Positions 60,313-64,000 of a DNA stretch of 64,000 nt are shown piece after piece (position 1 is the first letter of the stretch; each line of letters begins with the position of its first letter). Location: assembly GCA_902576395.1 (NCBI GenBank), contig CACGVB010000001.1, positions 44,420 to 108,419 on the forward strand, written 5' to 3'. The notes under the pieces are model-generated. The model saw only the letters and a program-made list of their open reading frames with translations, searched no databases and had not been told where the DNA came from. The position numbers were made by a program, and so were the translations under genes. Origin of the DNA: an uncultured Pelagibacteraceae bacterium. GTDB taxonomy: Bacteria > Pseudomonadota > Alphaproteobacteria > Pelagibacterales > Pelagibacteraceae.

Positions 60313-61821
60313 TTAATTTGAATAAATTACCCTAGGATCTAAAAATAATTCTCTTGCTAAAGCTTTGAATTTTTTCGTAACTTGTTTTGAGATTATCTCT
60401 TGATGCTGCGAAGGTATTTTTAAAAAAACAGCATTTCCTCTTTTATAAAGTTTAAATTCTTCTAAAAAAATTGTAGATATTGATGTAAGAGAATTAGCAA
60501 ATCTTAAGGCTGCACCAACTTGTTTGCATGAATATATCTCGTTGTTATTTAAAAACGTTAAGTATTCTATCTTTGGGTTGTATTTTATACTGCAATATCT
60601 CCAGTAACAAGAAAGTGCCAATTGTATTCTTTCTTTATGTGAAAGTTTTAATAAAGGCGTATTTAATGTTTCTTGAAAAACCAACTCTGCTTTTTGGAAT
60701 GCTCCCAAACCCCAATCCATATGACTTAGTACGCAAGATAGATGAAGCAATTTTTGATTAAAATGCTCATTTCCCTCAAATATAGGTTTTATAAAATGAA
60801 AATATTTCTTATATGTAGATCCTAAATCGCCTCTTTTTTTTGAAATATGCTCTAATGATTTATTAAAAACAAAATTACTATCTGAGTTTTTAAATAAATC
60901 TTTGGCAAGAGATCCTTCTCTAATACCGCTAATTGAGCAAATAACATTTTTTGGATTTGCTATGTTCATAATTTCTTCTAGAATTATTGAGCTATAAGGA
61001 AGATAAGGCGTTCTAGACTTTGATATGTATTCAACTGATTTCAATTTAGATTTATTAAATGAAGAAATTTTTTCTAAAAATTTTGTAAGTTTTTCATTTT
61101 CTATTGAGTATTGATGAATAATATGGACTGGATATTCATTTTGAAATAAGTGTAATTTAAACAAAGCTCTCCACGTACCTCCCACCAAATATAAATTATT
61201 AAATTTTTTTTTAGATAACCATTTTTCATCTCTTAAAAGATTTTTGAGATATTTAGGTAAATTTCTTTTTTTAACAATAGGATTGTTGATTAACCTTAAT
61301 ACACCAACTGGAAGTGATGTTTTATTTGTTACAACATTGTTTTCAACTCTAGCAAGCTCTAAACTTCCACCACCTAAATCAGCAACAAGTCCATCCACAT
61401 TCTCAAATCCAATTTTAACTCCTTCAGCTGATGATTCAGCTTCTTCTTCACCAGTTAAAATATTTATATTTTTTTTAAATAAGTATTCTACTTCTTCAAT
61501 AAAGGGCTTTGCGTCTGTAGCTTCTCTTAATACAGCTGTTGCAATAATTTTAAGGTTATTAATTTTTGAAACATTAAGAATTTCTGAAAATCTTTTTAAA
61601 ACTTTTAAAGCATATATCTTGCCTGATTTATGAAGTTTTTTTGATTTATCTAAGTTTTTACCAAGTTCACAAACTGCTTTTTCATTAAAAAAAGGTACTC
61701 TAGATGATGTAAAATCATCGTAAATTAACATTCTTATAGAATTTGAACCTATATCAATAATAGCTAATTTTGATTGTCTTAATTTTAAATTTTGCTTATT
61801 TTTAATTACTTTAAGTTCCAT
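60313..61821 (-). CDS. ppx: Exopolyphosphatase Ppx/GppA
   Basis: IDIGSNSIR, ATAVLREA, GEEEA, DLGGGSLE and GIREG motifs. Confidence 0.92.
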   Translation of the reverse strand: MELKVIKNKQNLKLRQSKLAIIDIGSNSIRMLIYDDFTSSRVPFFNEKAVCELGKNLDKSKKLHKSGKIYALKVLKRFSEILNVSKINNLKIIATAVLREATDAKPFIEEVEYLFKKNINILTGEEEAESSAEGVKIGFENVDGLVADLGGGSLELARVENNVVTNKTSLPVGVLRLINNPIVKKRNLPKYLKNLLRDEKWLSKKKFNNLYLVGGTWRALFKLHLFQNEYPVHIIHQYSIENEKLTKFLEKISSFNKSKLKSVEYISKSRTPYLPYSSIILEEIMNIANPKNVICSISGIREGSLAKDLFKNSDSNFVFNKSLEHISKKRGDLGSTYKKYFHFIKPIFEGNEHFNQKLLHLSCVLSHMDWGLGAFQKAELVFQETLNTPLLKLSHKERIQLALSCYWRYCSIKYNPKIEYLTFLNNNEIYSCKQVGAALRFANSLTSISTIFLEEFKLYKRGNAVFLKIPSQHQEIISKQVTKKFKALARELFLDPRVIYSN

Positions 61822-63961
61822 CTTTAACCAACCTTAAGTTTAATTTTTTAGGTTTAATTTTTAGTTTTGCCTTTCCTCTTCCTGATAAACTTGGATTATT
61901 CATGAAATAATCATGTGCAGAAAAAGAATATTTTCGACTATATTTAATTTTTTGATAATTTCCATCAGGATAAAGTTCCCAGCTCTGATTCGTGTCTAGA
62001 TAATTGGCCATCATTATTTGGTCTAAAACCTGTTCATGCACAGTTTGATTTTCAATTGGCACGAGAAGTTCGACTCTTCTATCTAGATTTCTTGGCATCA
62101 AATCTGCAGATGAAATATAAACTTTTGCATTTCTGTTGGGCATAACTTTTCCATTTGCAAAACAATAAATTCTTGAGTGTTCAAGAAATCTTCCAATGAT
62201 ACTTTTTACAGTAATATTTTCCGATTTATTTTTAATACCAGGTCTTAAACAACATACACCTCTTACAAATAAAGAGACTTTTACACCGACACTAGAAGCC
62301 TCATAAAATTTATCAATTATTTGTGGATCAACTAATGAATTCATTTTAGCCCAAATCTCAGCGTGTTTCCCTTTTTTTGCATTACTTATTTCCTTATCTA
62401 TATTCTGATTTAAAGTTTTTCTTAAATTTACAGGTGAAATGGAAATTTTATTTAAATTTTTTGGTTTAGAATATCCAGTCACGTAATTGTAGAATTTTTC
62501 TACATCTGTAGCCATTTTTTTATCAGAGCTAAATAGAGATAAGTCTGTGTATATTTTTGCATTTACAGGATGATAATTGCCAGTGCCCAAATGGAAATAT
62601 GTTTGAATTTTACCACCCTCACGTCGATGTATTAGTGATGATTTAGCATGTGTTTTGTATTTTGCAAAACCATAAACAATTTGAACTCCAGCTTTTTCAA
62701 GACTTCTTGCCAGCTGTATATTTGCTTCTTCATCAAATCTGGCTTTGATTTCAATTAAAGCAGTAACTGTTTTGCCATTTTCGGAAGCGCTAATTAATGC
62801 TTTAACAATTGGTGAATCTAAAGTAGTCCTATACAATGTTTGTTTAATAGCAATTACTTTTTTATCTATAGCCGCTTGATTTAAAAATTCAATTACAGCA
62901 TCAAAAGTTTCAAATGGATGATGAACTATTAGGTCTTTTTTCTTAATTGTCTCAAAAAAATTATTATTGTATTCTTTTAATCTTTCTACGTCTCTTGGTG
63001 TAAAGTTTTTAAATTTTAATTTAGAATTTTTAATTTTACAAATTTGGTCTATATCCTGGATTCCAACTAAACCTGCTACTTCATAAATATAATTTGGATT
63101 AATTTCTAATTTATTTGTTATAAATTTTATAAGTTCTTTGTCGCTTTTTTCTAAAATTTCTAATCTAACAATATCACCAGTTCTTCTTCGCTTTAATGCT
63201 AGTTCAAATGATCTGACTAAATCCTCAGCCTCTTCTTGAATTTCTACATCACTATCTCTTATTACTCTAAATATCATTTTCTTTTCTAATAAATGATCTG
63301 GAAAAATTTCAGAGGCAAAGTAACCAATAACATCGTCTAGAACTAAAAATTTCTTAAATGATTTTCCTCCATCTATTTCAATAAATCTTGATAAAGCTTT
63401 AGGAATTACGATAATTGAATTAAGAATTCTCTTTTTTTTCTTTTTCTTCAGCTTCATAACTAAAGCTCTACCTTGATTAATAATAAATGGAAAAGGATGA
63501 GAAGGATCAATCGCTGATGGTGTAAGTAGAGGATAAATTTCTTCGTTAAATATTTCTAATAATTTCTTTTTTTCTTTTGTGTTAAGGTTTTCTGGCTTAG
63601 TTAATAAAATATTATTTCTCTTCAGCTGATTTGATAAATTATTAAATATGGTATTTTGTTTATTTAATAGATTTTTTGTATCATTGATAACCATCTCCAT
63701 CTGTTCTTCAGGTGTTAGTCCATCTGAACTTAGTGAGTCGACTTCTTGTTTAATTTGACTGTATAGTCCAGCAACTCGAACCATAAAAAATTCGTCTAAA
63801 TTTGAGCCTGCAATAGATAAAAATTTTACTCTCTCATAAAGAGGATTTTCAATATTTTGCGCCTCTAAAAGAACTCTATCGTTAAATTTTAACCATGATA
63901 ATTCTCTATTTATATAATTGGATTTAAGCTCTTCTTTGTCTTGTTTTTTTAATGCAGTCAT
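61811..63961 (-). CDS. ppk1: Polyphosphate kinase 1
   Basis: NRELSWLKFN, KQTLYRT, ARFDEEAN, THAK, GTGNY and RFLEHSR motifs; start at 63961 or 63994. Confidence 0.96.
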   Translation of the reverse strand: MTALKKQDKEELKSNYINRELSWLKFNDRVLLEAQNIENPLYERVKFLSIAGSNLDEFFMVRVAGLYSQIKQEVDSLSSDGLTPEEQMEMVINDTKNLLNKQNTIFNNLSNQLKRNNILLTKPENLNTKEKKKLLEIFNEEIYPLLTPSAIDPSHPFPFIINQGRALVMKLKKKKKKRILNSIIVIPKALSRFIEIDGGKSFKKFLVLDDVIGYFASEIFPDHLLEKKMIFRVIRDSDVEIQEEAEDLVRSFELALKRRRTGDIVRLEILEKSDKELIKFITNKLEINPNYIYEVAGLVGIQDIDQICKIKNSKLKFKNFTPRDVERLKEYNNNFFETIKKKDLIVHHPFETFDAVIEFLNQAAIDKKVIAIKQTLYRTTLDSPIVKALISASENGKTVTALIEIKARFDEEANIQLARSLEKAGVQIVYGFAKYKTHAKSSLIHRREGGKIQTYFHLGTGNYHPVNAKIYTDLSLFSSDKKMATDVEKFYNYVTGYSKPKNLNKISISPVNLRKTLNQNIDKEISNAKKGKHAEIWAKMNSLVDPQIIDKFYEASSVGVKVSLFVRGVCCLRPGIKNKSENITVKSIIGRFLEHSRIYCFANGKVMPNRNAKVYISSADLMPRNLDRRVELLVPIENQTVHEQVLDQIMMANYLDTNQSWELYPDGNYQKIKYSRKYSFSAHDYFMNNPSLSGRGKAKLKIKPKKLNLRLVKDGT

Positions 63962-64000
63962 ATATTTAGAATTAATGCGCGAATTATATGTCATGAGACA

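Overview
Very AT-rich, gene-dense alphaproteobacterial DNA. Gene content and order are typical of Candidatus Pelagibacter (SAR11); this assignment is inferred from composition and synteny, not from a marker gene. The window has four parts. (1) 1-24 kb is core genome: recG 3' end, tRNA-Lys, tgt, cyclophilin, coaD, gyrA, ssb, uvrA, secDF-yajC, serS, tatABC, scpAB, nagZ, argS, dgt, erpA and xth. (2) 24-28.4 kb holds a divergent Anbu protease / circularly permuted ATP-grasp pair, followed by glucosylglycerate-type gpgP/gpgS genes. (3) 28.4-34.5 kb is a Zur-boxed zinc locus: znuA-COG0523-WD40-small Cys protein on one strand and znuCB-zur on the other. (4) About 34.5-64 kb is a large phosphorus-acquisition island: C-P lyase phnC-N with DUF1045, orphan phnZ and phnX, an arsenic module, an ugp ABC operon with two UgpE paralogs, a split ugpQ, DUF1868, a short glpD, a NUDIX gene and ppk1-ppx. 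Several island promoters carry 11-bp-phased Pho-box-like repeats. No integrase, transposase, CRISPR array or rRNA was seen. All product calls come from motif recognition by eye; no database searches were run.
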